The notes: generated by a model from the sequence alone, not told the origin. Shown: positions 12,169 to 25,417, numbered from the whole stretch's first letter. The stretch: 63,393 nt of DNA, filler included, from Globobulimina sp. (GCA_003354225.1; 47 parts of 47 records of this genome joined end to end with filler, not necessarily neighbours in it); one strand, 5' to 3'. A program made the numbers and translations.

Positions 12169-13334
12169 CTTAACTCATTAAAATAAATGGGATCATCACG
12201 AATATAATCTGGCAAATAATAAAATGTGAAAGCCTGATCGAACTCAGTTTGGATCAACTTTTCAGACTCATCCACAGCCTCGAAATCGTAACCAAATTTT
12301 AAAACATATTCCAATCTGCAAAGCCTTGTTTGCTGATCAACCAAATATTCATAGTTCACGTATTTGCATCGAAATACATTCCATCGCAATATTTCATCAA
12401 AAAACGTCAATCCTTTCTCATATTCGCCGTGCAGTGCATACCATATTGCAATTTGATGAAAATCACTAATTGATACATTTCCGTGATGTTCTTCACTCTC
12501 AAATTGATCTTTATTTTCTTCATAGGTCTGCAATGCCGAAGCGCCGCGTTGCTCTTCCCGCTCAAACTTACTTTCAATCTCTTTCAGAAATTCAGAAACC
12601 TCTACACGTGGAATAAAACCGCATTTTTGAGCAAAATATAACGCTTTGTTATATGCTTCAATTTCCGAGTAATGGATACTTAGTGCATACTGGCAATATT
12701 TATCCTGGTTATCAATGCTCATTCCTTTTTTAATTAAATCTAAATACAGTCTGCGTCCATCAACGTACCAACAGCTCAGATCATATCCAAAATATTGCTG
12801 CTTGACAAATGCTGGTAATTGCTGTGGTTCATAACAGCGGGGATCGATCAATAAACAGGCCTCCATTCCATATATTGATGCTGTAGATATTCGTGGGATT
12901 GGCTCGCCATTTTCTATCTTGTCAATTAATGGTTGTAGCCATTGTAGTAACTCATACAAAGTGTTGTCACTGCTTCTTTGGCGTAGATAATGAAATAGAA
13001 AATCAACCACAAAAAACGCATAATACTCATAATAGATTGTATTGCTCACAATTTCTAATATTTTGGCAAAGTTTGCAAATAATTTTGCGTATTTGGGTGC
13101 TTTTGAAAATAGTAAAGTTATATTGTCAGATAATAATGAAGAAACTGCGTCGGTATGTTTGTTGCCAACAAATGCTTCCAATTCAGATATATTCATTATC
13201 ATTCTGTCGTGTAACGCAATATTTGTTTTTTCATCTTCTTTCTCCTCGTTTTGTTTAGATTGTGAGTTTGCAGTGATACTGTTGGTGACTTGTGCCTGGA
13301 CCTGGCTGTCTGGTGAGGATTGCAAACAACCCAT
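12169..13334 (-). CDS. Helical (TPR-like) protein with N-terminal MGC acylation motif, 3' truncated
   Basis: Long ORF, MGCLQS start, HGEYEKGLTFFDE helix. Confidence 0.6.
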
Positions 13335-13520
13335 TATTGAGGATGTATTTTAGAACTGTTTTGTGGTGATCGAGCAAATTTGCTTAATTTAAAATAACAT
13401 AAACAATATTAATTACTTTTNNNNNNNNNNNNNNNNNNNNNNNNNNNNNNNNNNNNNNNNNNNNTTAATTAATTAANNNNNNNNNNNNNNNNNNNNNNNN
13501 NNNNNNNNNNNNNNNNNNNN

Positions 13521-14166
13521 TCTCAATTTCTAACATATCAATGGTTTTTCTAATTTACCATTTCCAAAATTGATGCTTGAATAACATAACATGAATTTCG
13601 CCATTTCTATTTAAAAAACGTTTTGCTGCGCGTAATAGGCCAAATAACAATTTTTCATTTTGTTGATTATAATTTGGCCAATGTTTCACTCTTGGAAACG
13701 TATAAAGAATCCGATCAAATTTAGAGTGGAGTGTATCGGTCCAGTCATGTTCTGTTAAAGCAATGGATTTGCCATCAATACCAAATGTCACTTTGCATTT
13801 GTAATCTTTACAAAATTGCAAATTTTCTTCAAATATTTTGAATTTGTGCATACCTATTTGTTTTACAGTATGTATCCATTGATGATAGTAACACCACGCA
13901 GTGGAACAACAATGTGCGCCAGTTTTTCTTTTCTTAATTATACAGCAAGTAAATGAGAAATCGCATTCTCCGCAAATTAATGTATGTTGCGACGCATTAT
14001 AATCTAATAAGTCTGGCGATACTTTAATAGATTTATAATCATCCAATCTTTCACCAAACTGATGTTGTGATCGATAGTAATACATTATTTCGCCTTTTTT
14101 GTATGACTGCATTGTGTAATTTGGTGGGACATTTTCGTTTGTTTTTACATCACATTGGATAGCCAT
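13521..14166 (-). CDS. DUF2431/Bmt5-like rRNA uracil-N3 methyltransferase domain protein
   Basis: FGIDG, FDRILYTFP, NEKLL, FLNRNGEIHVML motifs. Confidence 0.65.
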
Positions 14167-14220
14167 TTGAAAATTTGAGTTTGCGAAACTTTTCACAGCG
14201 CACAGTTTTTTTCAGAAACA

Positions 14221-14550
14221 ATGTCATCAAATAAATCTGAATTAGAGATGTTAGTAAACGACGATGAGAATCATGAGATGAAGGAACAAGCTCTGATGGA
14301 AAACAATAATGAAGAGAAAAAAGAGCAGGAAGAGAAAAAAGAGCAGGCACAGATAGCAGACACAGATTTGAGTTTAATGAGATTTTTAAAGCCTTTGCAA
14401 TTAAAGAGAAACGAAAGTTGGTATTTGGAGAAATTCGCAAATTATAAAAAACATCCAATTGATAATCTCAAGAAGCTATCTGAATTCAAACGAATTAGAG
14501 AAGGGGTAATAAGCAGTGACGACTTATCACAAATGGGTATAGACCAGTGA
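14221..14550 (+). CDS. Hypothetical Glu/Lys-rich protein (SAM-like start), possibly partial
   Basis: 109-aa ORF; FLKPLQL...YLEKF...DDLSQMGI. Confidence 0.4.
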   Translation: MSSNKSELEMLVNDDENHEMKEQALMENNNEEKKEQEEKKEQAQIADTDLSLMRFLKPLQLKRNESWYLEKFANYKKHPIDNLKKLSEFKRIREGVISSDDLSQMGIDQ

Positions 14551-14872
14551 TGAACACTGAATCCTTCGAACCAGCTCGGTGAATCTTAAGGTTTTTCGAA
14601 TCCTCGAATCTGAATCCTTGAATCCTTGAATACTGTGAATCAGCTCGAAAACATGAATGCTCAGAAAACCACTTTATTCCTTCTTCATCCTTTCTTCATC
14701 CCTTCGTCTCAGTGCTGGAACTTCCAATATAAAGCTACCAGAACGGTACGTGTTATGTTTGAATTTATTTTGNNNNNNNNNNNNNNNNNNNNNNNNNNNN
14801 NNNNNNNNNNNNNNNNTTAATTAATTAANNNNNNNNNNNNNNNNNNNNNNNNNNNNNNNNNNNNNNNNNNNN

Positions 14873-15262
14873 AGCTGTTCATGCAGTTTATCCTTTGCAC
14901 TAGCATCTTGAAACTTTTTGAATGACAAACCCTGTTCAGTAACGGCTTTGATCACTCTGTCAATTTGTGGATCTGGAACTCCTAGCTCAGTGGCTTTGGA
15001 AGTCAGACAAGACAGAAAATCAGTAACTTGATTTTCGCTGCCTTTGCGATACTCAATTGTGTAATCGAAAACAGTCAATATTTCAAACCAGCTCAGAAAT
15101 TTGCTCAATTTTCGACCATTGGTATACTGTCGCAAAAGTGTAGTTAATGGCTGGTGATCTGTTCTTAGTGTGAACTTGCGACCCGCAAAAACTTTTCCCA
15201 ATATTCACAGAAATGGACTGCACCTAGGGCTTCTACATCTAGTGTGGAATATTTTCTCTGTC
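14873..15262 (-). pseudogene. Ty3/gypsy LTR retrotransposon RNase H fragment, frameshifted
   Basis: QRKYSTLDVEALGAVHFCEYWEKFL then frame change near 15187 to GRKFTLRTDHQPL...FDYTIEYRKGSENQVTDFLS. Confidence 0.85.
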
Positions 15263-15537
15263 TGCACGATGGTTTGGCATAAAACCAGGTTTTTTTAGAT
15301 TAAAATGCTCACTATTCCTCTAGTTGTTGATGAAATCATTGATTTATACGTCAATAGAAAGGCAAAAGTTTGTAGTTGCACTTAGTATATCGAAATCCTC
15401 TCGAATTATAACTAAAGCTCTTTGTTTGTCAAGTGGAAAACAAAAAAGTTGAATGCAAAAAGGGGGCGGGGCTAAAGGTCCCGGAAAAAAAACGGGATCA
15501 CAATTTTGTCGATAATTTGTCAACAAAGCATTTATCG

Positions 15538-15830
15538 CAAAAACAAAAAAAACCAAGAACACAAGCCGGTTCTGGCGCATCTTTTGACGCAACTTTCATG
15601 AAAAGCGATTAAAGATTGGCTGAGAAAAATGTGCAAAACTTTGGCACCTTTTCGTAAAAAAGCGGAAAACGGCTGCACAGTTTAGTATTTCACGCTTTGT
15701 AGAAACTTTCATTCGAAAAACAAAAAAAACCAAGAACACGAGCCGCTTCCGGCGCAAATTTTGACGCAACTTTCAAAATTGAAAATTGGTTAAGTATTGG
15801 CTGAGAAAAATGTGCAAAACTATGGCACCT
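15538..15830. repeat. Imperfect direct repeat of about 110 bp, two copies
   Basis: AAAACAAAAAAAACCAAGAACAC(A/G)AGCCG...TTTTGACGCAACTTTCA...ATTGGCTGAGAAAAATGTGCAAAACT(T/A)TGGCACCT near 15540 and 15717. Confidence 0.8.
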
Positions 15831-16393
15831 ATGCGGCATCCAGCGCAGCGACATCTGGCGGAAGAACGGTTTTTTGCCAATATCTCCTTATTGCATTGAG
15901 CTAGAAACTTCGGGATGGTTTTAAAAATATTGGTTTACCTAATAACTTTGTAAAATTAATCGAAAAAACTATAGGCAAAGGTCTAGAATAATTTTACGAT
16001 TTTTTCCACAGCCAAACCATCGTGCAATCTGTATGTATATACGAGAATGAAAAAGTTATACAGAAAATGAATTTTCTTTTTTGATTGTGGGTAAAAAGCA
16101 GTATGAAAAAGCAATGTTTCTTACNNNNNNNNNNNNNNNNNNNNNNNNNNNNNNNNNNNNNNNNNNNNTTAATTAATTAANNNNNNNNNNNNNNNNNNNN
16201 NNNNNNNNNNNNNNNNNNNNNNNNGTTGTATTGCGGGTTATGAATGATTTGGAGACTTATTATAAAAAAACAAACAAACAGAATTTAGTTTGTAAAACGG
16301 CATATTTCGATCAGTTAAAGACTGAGACTTGACATTTATAAATGAAAACGCTTTCTCAATTCTCACTACATTTTTAATATCAATGTCATTGCA

Positions 16394-16951
16394 TTACAAA
16401 TCATCACCTAAATAATCTTGAGACAATATTTCAACGGATTGATCGATTCGCGCAGCTAAAATAAAATCTGCTACAGTCAGTGCATATGATGTATATGAAT
16501 AAATAGCAATGCTGATTTTCTTATGACCTTCAATCAAAAAATCAGGCTCGTAATTGGAAGAATTTGCAACGTCAAAAATAGCATTTGAAATATCCATAAT
16601 TTCACCAAATGTTTCGACATTAAATTCTCGAACAAGATGGTATTTACCATCAACGATTTCTATTTCCCACTCACTATGCAAAAGGAGCAGATATATTTCT
16701 ACCTCCTTTGTCTCCAATGCTTGCTTAAATTTGTACATTATATTTTGTGTCAGTAACTCCTGCCGTTTATCTGCAATATCATTGTTTTCAAATTTTAGCC
16801 ATCCAATATCGTTCATATTGCAATTGTGCTCTTGCCCAGTTCCTGAGGAAACAAGTAATGATGCTGATGCTATAGATGACAATGACAATCCAAACAAATG
16901 GTTGGTTCTAAAACTTTGTGTGAATCGAAATAATGTACGTAAAAAAGACAT
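16394..16951 (-). CDS. Pterin-4-alpha-carbinolamine dehydratase-like protein with mitochondrial-type presequence
   Basis: EW...LVREF...F...ANSSNYEPD...ALTVADFILAARID; Arg/Ser-rich, acid-free N-terminus. Confidence 0.8.
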   Translation of the reverse strand: MSFLRTLFRFTQSFRTNHLFGLSLSSIASASLLVSSGTGQEHNCNMNDIGWLKFENNDIADKRQELLTQNIMYKFKQALETKEVEIYLLLLHSEWEIEIVDGKYHLVREFNVETFGEIMDISNAIFDVANSSNYEPDFLIEGHKKISIAIYSYTSYALTVADFILAARIDQSVEILSQDYLGDDL

Positions 16952-17041
16952 GGTTTTTACAGTTGAAAAACTTTGGGTTAGTCTGCACTCTGCACATTAC
17001 ACTCTACCTAACTAAATACGAAGTCCACTAAACTCTCTACC

Positions 17042-17476
17042 ATGTCGACTGCAGCTGTACCAAATGAAACAAGTGCATTATTATCAGTGACACGTCACAA
17101 AACTGCCAGTAATAAGCAATCACAAGAATGGAGAAAGAAGGTTGTTCCATATAATGAAGCTAGAGGTTATATTGTCGAAATACCTCTTCTTATTGCTGTT
17201 GGAATACATTTATTTTGTTTACTGTTTGTTGTAATTTATTATGCATGGAAAGGAAATGTATCATTTGAAATAAAAATGGCATCAAATGAACAATGGTATT
17301 TTGATGCACTTTCAATGGCAATATCATTTTCTATGTTTATATGGTTTTATGGATTTTCATTTCATGTGATGTGTAATATTACGTGTACCAAATCATCATC
17401 ATATTGGAAAGGATGCGGTTTATGTCAATGTATTTATTTTGTTTTTGTCTCATTAACTACGTTTTGTTTAACTCGT
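17042..17476 (+). CDS. Multi-pass membrane protein, 3' truncated
   Basis: Three hydrophobic segments. Confidence 0.55.
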
Positions 17477-17576
17477 NNNNNNNNNNNNNNNNNNNNNNNN
17501 NNNNNNNNNNNNNNNNNNNNTTAATTAATTAANNNNNNNNNNNNNNNNNNNNNNNNNNNNNNNNNNNNNNNNNNNN

Positions 17577-18415
17577 TGTGCAATTTCAGTATACAACCTT
17601 GGGGGCAAAGTGGAGGGTTTGGTGGGATGTTTGGTGCCGGGAACAGTGGCATGGGCAATGCACATCGGCCGGGCTATAGGTATAATAATGGTGGATTGGG
17701 TGGGTTGGATAATGGCGGAATTGGCAATGATTTGGCTGGTCATCAGTTGCGAGGCATTTTTGGCGATTTGGGTCCGTTGGGCAGCGGTAACGGGAAAGGA
17801 CAGTATGTGGCGGGGCGGCCGTTGGAGATACAATTGGTGGGTTCGAGTAATGGCGGGTTTCGGAGAAGGATTATGGCGCAACATTGGAATGAAGGCAATG
17901 TGGATGCGATTTATGGCAGGAAATGCAAAATAATTAACGGCAGAAACGAGTTGTGTGTGGGACATAATTATATTAATGTTATGATTGAGAACAATAAGAG
18001 CAGTCCGACGGCGGAGGGTGGGATTCAGAGCGAGTATGTTCGGTATATGGTAGCACGCGAATTTGTGTATGATGTTGACAGTGAGGATGAGGAGCAATGT
18101 TTTGAATATTTTGAGAGTGGCTTTAATTTATGTATGAGATATGACAATGACATGATATTAACAGTGCGTAATAAGAATAATGAGAATGAGAATGTGTTCA
18201 GATTTATGAATGATAATAATTGGAATCGGATTGAATCCATTTCGAAAACTAATAATAATATATTTGACAATATAATTCTAAAGAAATGTATTGATATTTA
18301 TTCACATGACATTCCTACAAAAATATGTATAAAACAAACTCAAAATAAAAAAGGCAATTTAGTTTTGTATAAAGCAAATGTACAATTTTTAGCTACAAAT
18401 GGAGAGAATCACTGA
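17577..18415 (+). CDS. Hypothetical protein with Gly-rich region, 5' truncated
   Basis: Long ORF; Gly/Asn-rich N-part followed by globular-looking C-part. Confidence 0.5.
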
Positions 18416-18929
18416 ATTGAAATCGGATCCAAATTAAATGACAAAATTCTTTTTTTTTTGTTGCTTTGTATTTGTAATTTGTTATCCTCCACTTTGTATA
18501 CAATAAAAAAATTTAAAGTGTTGTTGGTTGATGGCCGTCGTTTTTTAAAATACCATCCTTGCGAATCACAACATATCACTCACATTCCACAATGGAAACA
18601 AAGACGTCTGCAACAAAAGATAAAAAAAAGAATTATAGATTAGATCATTGCCTCGCAAATGAATATCACTGTAATCCATTTCAATATAATATTATATAAA
18701 TTATGCACGACATTTGCGTGCATTGTTAGTATATTTGTATTTGTGTTAATTATTCATAATTGGCAATGTCAATTATTGGAACTGGCAATGTCTGGCATCC
18801 AATAATAAGTGAAGATTATTCGAGAATTNNNNNNNNNNNNNNNNNNNNNNNNNNNNNNNNNNNNNNNNNNNNTTAATTAATTAANNNNNNNNNNNNNNNN
18901 NNNNNNNNNNNNNNNNNNNNNNNNNNNNT

Positions 18930-19490
18930 GATTTATATAAAATATTTAAAGAACAAGAATCAAAGAAGAACAAAGATAACATGATAGAAAGAGAGGAATT
19001 AAGAGCAAATGACATGAAAGTACAATTAATGAGTTTATCGTTTGGAAAGGAGACAGTCCATCCAATGGAAAAGGCATTTTTATATGATTCAAAACATCCA
19101 AATGTCTGCAAAACAGTGCATTGCAAACAAATATCAATAATAGGTGGTAATTTCAGAGAGGTTGTGGTGAGAGCATATGTGAAGAAATCTGAGTGGAAAT
19201 TAGAATGTGAACAAGCATTTAAACAATTCGTTAAAAGCAAAGGATTAGTACAAGATGAAGATTATGATATTGATAATGGCCGTGCATCGATATCAAAATA
19301 TATATCACCGAAACAAAGAAGAACCAAATCAAGAAGAAATGTTTCCGATACTAATAATGACGTATTAAATAATAAGAATTCAAGAAAAAGAACACGTCCA
19401 ACATCGCAACTTTCACCAACCACATCAATTGATTTTATGGACACACCACAAAGAAATAAAAAGCCAAGACTTAACTTGTCAATTAATTGA
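18930..19490 (+). CDS. SAMHD1: SAMHD1-like dNTP triphosphohydrolase, C-terminal fragment
   Basis: LSFGKETVHPMEKAFLY...ISII..NFREVVVRAYVKK parallels SAMHD1 MDYGMQEKNPIDHVSFY...FAEQLIRVYCKK. Confidence 0.65.
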   Translation, partial: DLYKIFKEQESKKNKDNMIEREELRANDMKVQLMSLSFGKETVHPMEKAFLYDSKHPNVCKTVHCKQISIIGGNFREVVVRAYVKKSEWKLECEQAFKQFVKSKGLVQDEDYDIDNGRASISKYISPKQRRTKSRRNVSDTNNDVLNNKNSRKRTRPTSQLSPTTSIDFMDTPQRNKKPRLNLSIN

Positions 19491-20279
19491 AAATCTTTCC
19501 TGTTTTTTTTTAACTAACTACCAACTAGCTCTCGTGTATTTGTTACAACAATAAAACTCAATTTATTAGTTTTATTTACTGTTTATACCAGTTATTGCTT
19601 TATCTAGTATTATCGCACATTTTTCGAAGATGTCTGATCATACCGTTCTCAATAACAATAACCAAGTATTTCAAAACATCCATATGGCTGAACGTCAGGT
19701 ATTCTGAATAATATCCACAATCACCCAAAACATCTGGAATTTTAGATTTATTATACACAGCCATCAACAAATACTGCTTCTAATAACTTATCAATAGACA
19801 AAAACGCACAATTTAGCATAAATAATATGATAACACCACAACCACTCTCTTTGCCAATAGCACCACCTCCACCTCCCGCTGCCTTCCAAATACAACTAAA
19901 CCCGTCGGCGCCCACATTTACTCCCAATCCGTTTATAAATATGCCATTAACTAACAACAGCCAACCAGTGCAAGGATATAATAACAATGCATTATCAAAC
20001 CAGATACAAACACTCCAAAAACACGTACAAGAATCCTTGGGCAAATTACAGATATTAGCCATCCAATTAAATACCTTCCAATTAATAAATCAACAGAACC
20101 CTACCATTGAATCACTGAATCAATATCAAAATATCTATCAACAGTACAACACCCTCTTCACAAATACATTATTAGTCAANNNNNNNNNNNNNNNNNNNNN
20201 NNNNNNNNNNNNNNNNNNNNNNNTTAATTAATTAANNNNNNNNNNNNNNNNNNNNNNNNNNNNNNNNNNNNNNNNNNNN

Positions 20280-21530
20280 CATTGTTGGCGAAAGAGGTAT
20301 TTTCAATGTTGCAAAGTATAACAAGTAATGGTCAACAATTAAGTGACAATGATTTTGTTGAACCAGACAGCATCAATGCATTTATTGTGCAACTTAGTGG
20401 CAAATTTGACAATAATCCGACTGTGGCGCACTTTTGTAACGCAATCTTATCCAATTTAGAACCATTTGTTGTTACTGTTGCTGTGGCACCGCCATTGCCG
20501 CCATTACCAGGCCTACCACCACCACCAATGACCGATATGAAGGTGGAGATGGAGATGGAGATGGATATGGAACAAAACCTAGTGATATTAGCACCTCCTC
20601 CTCCTCCTCCGCCAATGCCACCATCACTGCCTATGATTGACGCACAAGTACAGTTTCAGCAAGCTTTGGATCGTCGATTGGACGAAGAGCAGAAAGAGAA
20701 AGCATTGTTGGCCTTCATTGATGTGGATATCACCGAGAATGATATTGCGATGTTAATGGAGAATCACGCCGTGGACAAATTAGTGGCGACATTAGCAGCG
20801 AGCAAGAAAGGCGACCACCAACAAAAACTATTGAATGCATTGTTTAAAGTGACGCAAAAAGGGGATGAAAATTTTGAGCATTTTATTGGTGCGGGCGGTG
20901 TTGGCGTATTAATCAAAATTATGAATGAACATTATATGAATGGTTATGGCGACATCTTATTGGAAAGCTTGCATTTTGTGGGTGAGATATCTGCCAATAA
21001 TCACTTAAAAACTGTGTTGGGAATGCATAATATTATACAGTTAATGATAAAATGCGTTCGCGAGAATGGCGACAATATCAAAGTATTGGATTCATGCTTT
21101 TATGTGTTGGCCAATTTAGCCTATGACCACAATGCGAATATGACACAAATCATTGAATTGGGCGGCGTGGATGAGATATTTTCGTGCATCGCGAATCATG
21201 GCGATAAAAAAGAGCAAAATATTTTATTGATTCGATCGGCAATGGACTTACTAAGTAATTTGATGCATAATTCCGATCAAAATAGGAAGTTAATTTGCGG
21301 CGGATGTGGTTATATATTGTCTATGTTGGCGCTGCATGGCGATGGTGACAGTAAATTGGCAGTGAGTTGTTTCCGAGCCTTAGGTAATTTGGCCTATGTC
21401 CCAGATAATGTGCGTAGATTGGTGGGAGAGGGCATCATTGCGGCCATTGTCAACGCCATGACTGCCAATTTGAAAAACGACACATGTCTGCAAATGGGCG
21501 CCGCTGTGCTGTCCAATATTGCCGCGGATC
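20280..21530 (+). CDS. Armadillo-repeat protein with polyproline tracts, internal fragment
   Basis: Repeated LANLA/LSNL/LGNLA/LSNIA ARM motifs; PPPPPP tracts. Confidence 0.8.
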
Positions 21531-21630
21531 NNNNNNNNNNNNNNNNNNNNNNNNNNNNNNNNNNNNNNNNNNNNTTAATTAATTAANNNNNNNNNNNNNN
21601 NNNNNNNNNNNNNNNNNNNNNNNNNNNNNN

Positions 21631-21784
21631 CCATATCTAAACTTTGCATATGTTGATCGCTCAAACTAGTGTTCTCGTTCAATCATGGACCAACTTACTG
21701 AAACTTAGTGGAAATGAAAACTGATTCCTAACATCTAGTTACCGCTTTCACTTTGCGATCAACATATGCAAAGTTTAGATATGG
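21631..21784. repeat. Perfect 30-bp inverted repeat around a 94-bp spacer at contig start
   Basis: CCATATCTAAACTTTGCATATGTTGATCGC (21631-21660) and its reverse complement (21755-21784). Confidence 0.9.
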
Positions 21785-22185
21785 AAATATTATACCCCAT
21801 GAGTTTATCAATGATATAAAGAAGCAGTATTTATCCATGTTCGATTGTATGATGATGTCAGAATAATATGTCAGAATAATATGTATAAATAACATTGTTT
21901 GCAAGTATGTTGATTGCTTCTAGTAGGAATCCATATTTTGCAGCTCCTTCTTCATACTCGGTATACAACAAAAAATCACGATTGGTGTATTTGGTTTATG
22001 GACAGTGCCATATCATTGTATGGTTTGTTGTCAGGAATATCGTGTGCACTGTACTCAAAGCCGGCTGACTTATCTTCTTTCTCCTCACGTACAAGCTCTC
22101 TCACGAGAGGTTTCAGTTTTTTTTGAAGTGCATGTCGAAGTGCTTTCGAACTCATCTATCATTAATTGAAAAACCTAGCAAGACC

Positions 22186-22881
22186 ATGTCAAAGAAACAA
22201 CGTTATTCTAAAGTGCATCACAACATATTTGGAGATGATGAAATGTTCCATGGTCACTACGCGAATTACAATACACGCAAAACAAAACAAACCAACCAAA
22301 ATAATGATGCTTCCCTATTAGATGAAGCAGGTATTGATGCTGATGAATCTGAATCATATGAAGAGACTGCTTCCTCTGATTCTAATTCTGATTCTGAGAG
22401 CTCTTCATCAACGCAAGATGAGTCTAACAAATCGGACCAATTTGAATACAGAAATAAAAATCAAACCAAACAATCAACTTTTAATGAGATTGATAAAGAT
22501 CAACACTCACTTGATTGTGATCAAGATGATGATTTATTATTTGCATCGATATCAGAATCACAACGTAAAAAAGATGAGGAAGATAATATTACTGGCTTGA
22601 AATGTGCCATGTTAATATGTTTATTTTGTACAGCAATTATTATTTCAATGTTATTTGGTATTCGTAGTCAAACAGTGGATGAGATCGATATAAATCAAAG
22701 CATTCAAATCGTTGATACAAATGAGACACAGTCCTATAACATTAATAACAATCCAACTCATAATATAATACATCACACAAACGACACAACACATAAACCA
22801 ACAACAAAATCGCCCTCGATATCAATCACTAAGAAAACAAATAAATCAACAAATAAACCAACCACCACCACCACTACCACT
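22186..22881 (+). CDS. Type II single-pass membrane protein with Thr-rich stalk, 3' truncated
   Basis: Acidic/Ser-rich N-part, one TM, poly-Thr. Confidence 0.6.
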
Positions 22882-23066
22882 NNNNNNNNNNNNNNNNNNN
22901 NNNNNNNNNNNNNNNNNNNNNNNNNTTAATTAATTAANNNNNNNNNNNNNNNNNNNNNNNNNNNNNNNNNNNNNNNNNNNNACCTGCAACGATTTCTGTA
23001 AATTAGTTATTACTTTTTTTCTACTTGAGACCAGTTCAAATTCACATTGCATCGTTGCTGACAAAT

Positions 23067-24232
23067 ATGTCCGATGAAATATTCATTGTAGATGAAATTG
23101 GGGATGATATAATTGTTAGGTACATCCGTCGTTCATCGCCAAGTCCACCATCACCAAGTCCACCAAGACCACCATCACCAAGACCACCATCGTCATCTAC
23201 CAAACTGTACGTTTTAGGTGCTGTAATTGTTTTTTTTATTTTAGCTATAGCAGTATCGGCTGCATTTGGCGCATTCGATCAGACGCCAACTACTAACCAT
23301 CCCACTCATTCACCTACAAATTCTCCAACGAATGCACCAACCAATTATCCCACTAATGCACCCACTTATTCGCCCTCATATTCTCCCTCCAATTCACCAA
23401 CAAACTCACCCACCAACGCACCCACTTATTCGCCCACATATTCTCCATCCAATTCACCAACAAACTCACCCACCAACGCACCCACTTATTCACCAACCAG
23501 TTCGCCTACAAATCCCCCTACAAACTCTCCCACAAATACACCCTCCAATTCACCAACCAGTTCGCCTACGAATCCTCCCACACATTCTCCAACCTTTTCT
23601 CCCACAAATTCTCCCTCCAATTCACCCACAAATCCAACGTATTCACCAACGTATTCACCAACATCATCGCCTACAACACTCATCGAATCTGATATTGCCA
23701 TGATATCGACGGTGTCAATTGTTTGCGCCATTTTAACTTTAATATTTTGTGGACTATGTTTTAAAAAATGGAAACAGCGCAAAATTTCTCAGGAATTTTC
23801 CCCTTTATTATTGCAAAAAAATGAGCAAATAACTGAAGAAAAATATGATATATTGAACAATTTTGGAAAAGTTAAAAGGTGCATCAAACATTTTGCGACC
23901 CAAAACATATCAAAATGTGTTGAAATAAGGCAACGGATTGACAATAAATTGAAAGTTAATAACAAGAACAATGACTATTCGCTTGCGTTTGGAATCGAGA
24001 ATTATATTTCATGCATATCTTATCTTTTCCCGGAGGCAGCCTCGTTTCTCATTGGTTATGGCATAGCTGTCACATTGTTAAGCTTCGTAAATATTGGAGT
24101 ATGTAACGGCTGTTCACGAAATATTGTCATCATATGGTCATCCATTACACTCTTGTTTCCTCCCTTCAATATTTCCCTTACCGCCGCTAATGGCTTTGTT
24201 ACATCCGACACTTGCGCTATAACATTCATGTT
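23067..24232 (+). CDS. Membrane protein with SPT/PTN mucin-like repeats, 3' truncated
   Basis: TM, about 30 xPTx/xPSx tetrapeptides (23290-23680), further TMs. Confidence 0.75.
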
Positions 24233-24925
24233 NNNNNNNNNNNNNNNNNNNNNNNNNNNNNNNNNNNNNNNNNNNNTTAATTAATTAANNNNNNNNNNNN
24301 NNNNNNNNNNNNNNNNNNNNNNNNNNNNNNNNTATCACCGACAACAAATTGGAAAGACTCATCGATTGAACCAATACTTGCATAATGTACTCAACGAATG
24401 GAATTCAGATATCGCTGTCGTGACAATAACTGAGAACATCGTGAAAATAGACAAACAAGATCTGCAAAAACTAAACATTCTTTCATGATAACCTTACTCA
24501 AAAACTGCAATCATCGAAAATTAACATTCCTAATCCTAGCATTCTCTCTCCGTTTGTTCATTGCAGCAAATTAAATCAATGTCTCTTCCGAGAGCAGGCA
24601 CAATCAATGGTTTTAATTCTGGATTGAGTGTGTTTGGAAATACTTCAATGTATCCATTATTTCATGATTTAAAACAAACACAAATGCTAAGCACTTTGCT
24701 TCTTTTTTTGTTTTAAAGAAATTCATAAATTGTAAACAGTGAACGGCAATCAAAGAATATAAAATGGACTGAAAATATAAAAGAATTGAAACTATCAAAT
24801 CAAGAAAAAAGAACCAAATTAAAATTAATGAATAATAAATATCAATTTATTTTAGGTTTGTTTGCTAATTGCTATATTCAATGAATTTTAAAAATGTAAA
24901 ATAAATTGTGATATAAAAAGAAACC

Positions 24926-25417
24926 GTGAAATGTATTCAAGTTTGCAATGAAGATGAAAAAATTTTAAATTTAAGTCATGATAAATTACAAAAAATTGAA
25001 AAAACATTAAAATTAACAAAATCAGTCGATGATCGAATAAAAAGTCGAGAACGGAGTAATACCGATGTTGGAGAATATAATTCTTTTCAAATGGCTTTTG
25101 AACAAAAATCAAATGCATTGATTCAACAAAATAAAATAATGAAACAACAATTAATTAATTTACAGTTACATTATAAAGAGAGTGTACATAGAATTGAAGA
25201 ATCAAAAAAATATCTAATTCAAATCAATCAAAAATCAAATAATGTTATTTTTTTTCCAAATGCAAGCGCTCAAATTAAAAATAAAAAATTAATTGATTTG
25301 CTATCTCAAAAATTAAAACAAGAAAATGGGAAAAAACAAATTATTTCCAAACAAAATGATTTTATTAAAAAATTACAAAAACAATTACAAAAACATACAA
25401 ATGATGCAAATAGTTAA
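24926..25417 (+). CDS. Coiled-coil protein exon
   Basis: K/Q/L-rich ORF with likely flanking introns. Confidence 0.4.
   Translation: MKCIQVCNEDEKILNLSHDKLQKIEKTLKLTKSVDDRIKSRERSNTDVGEYNSFQMAFEQKSNALIQQNKIMKQQLINLQLHYKESVHRIEESKKYLIQINQKSNNVIFFPNASAQIKNKKLIDLLSQKLKQENGKKQIISKQNDFIKKLQKQLQKHTNDANS

Noticed and set aside
17577-18097. 190-aa antisense ORF and other shadow ORFs (e.g. 5775-6161, 23266-23703, 23486-23782)
   Set aside because: By-products of low-complexity or repetitive coding sequence in another frame or strand
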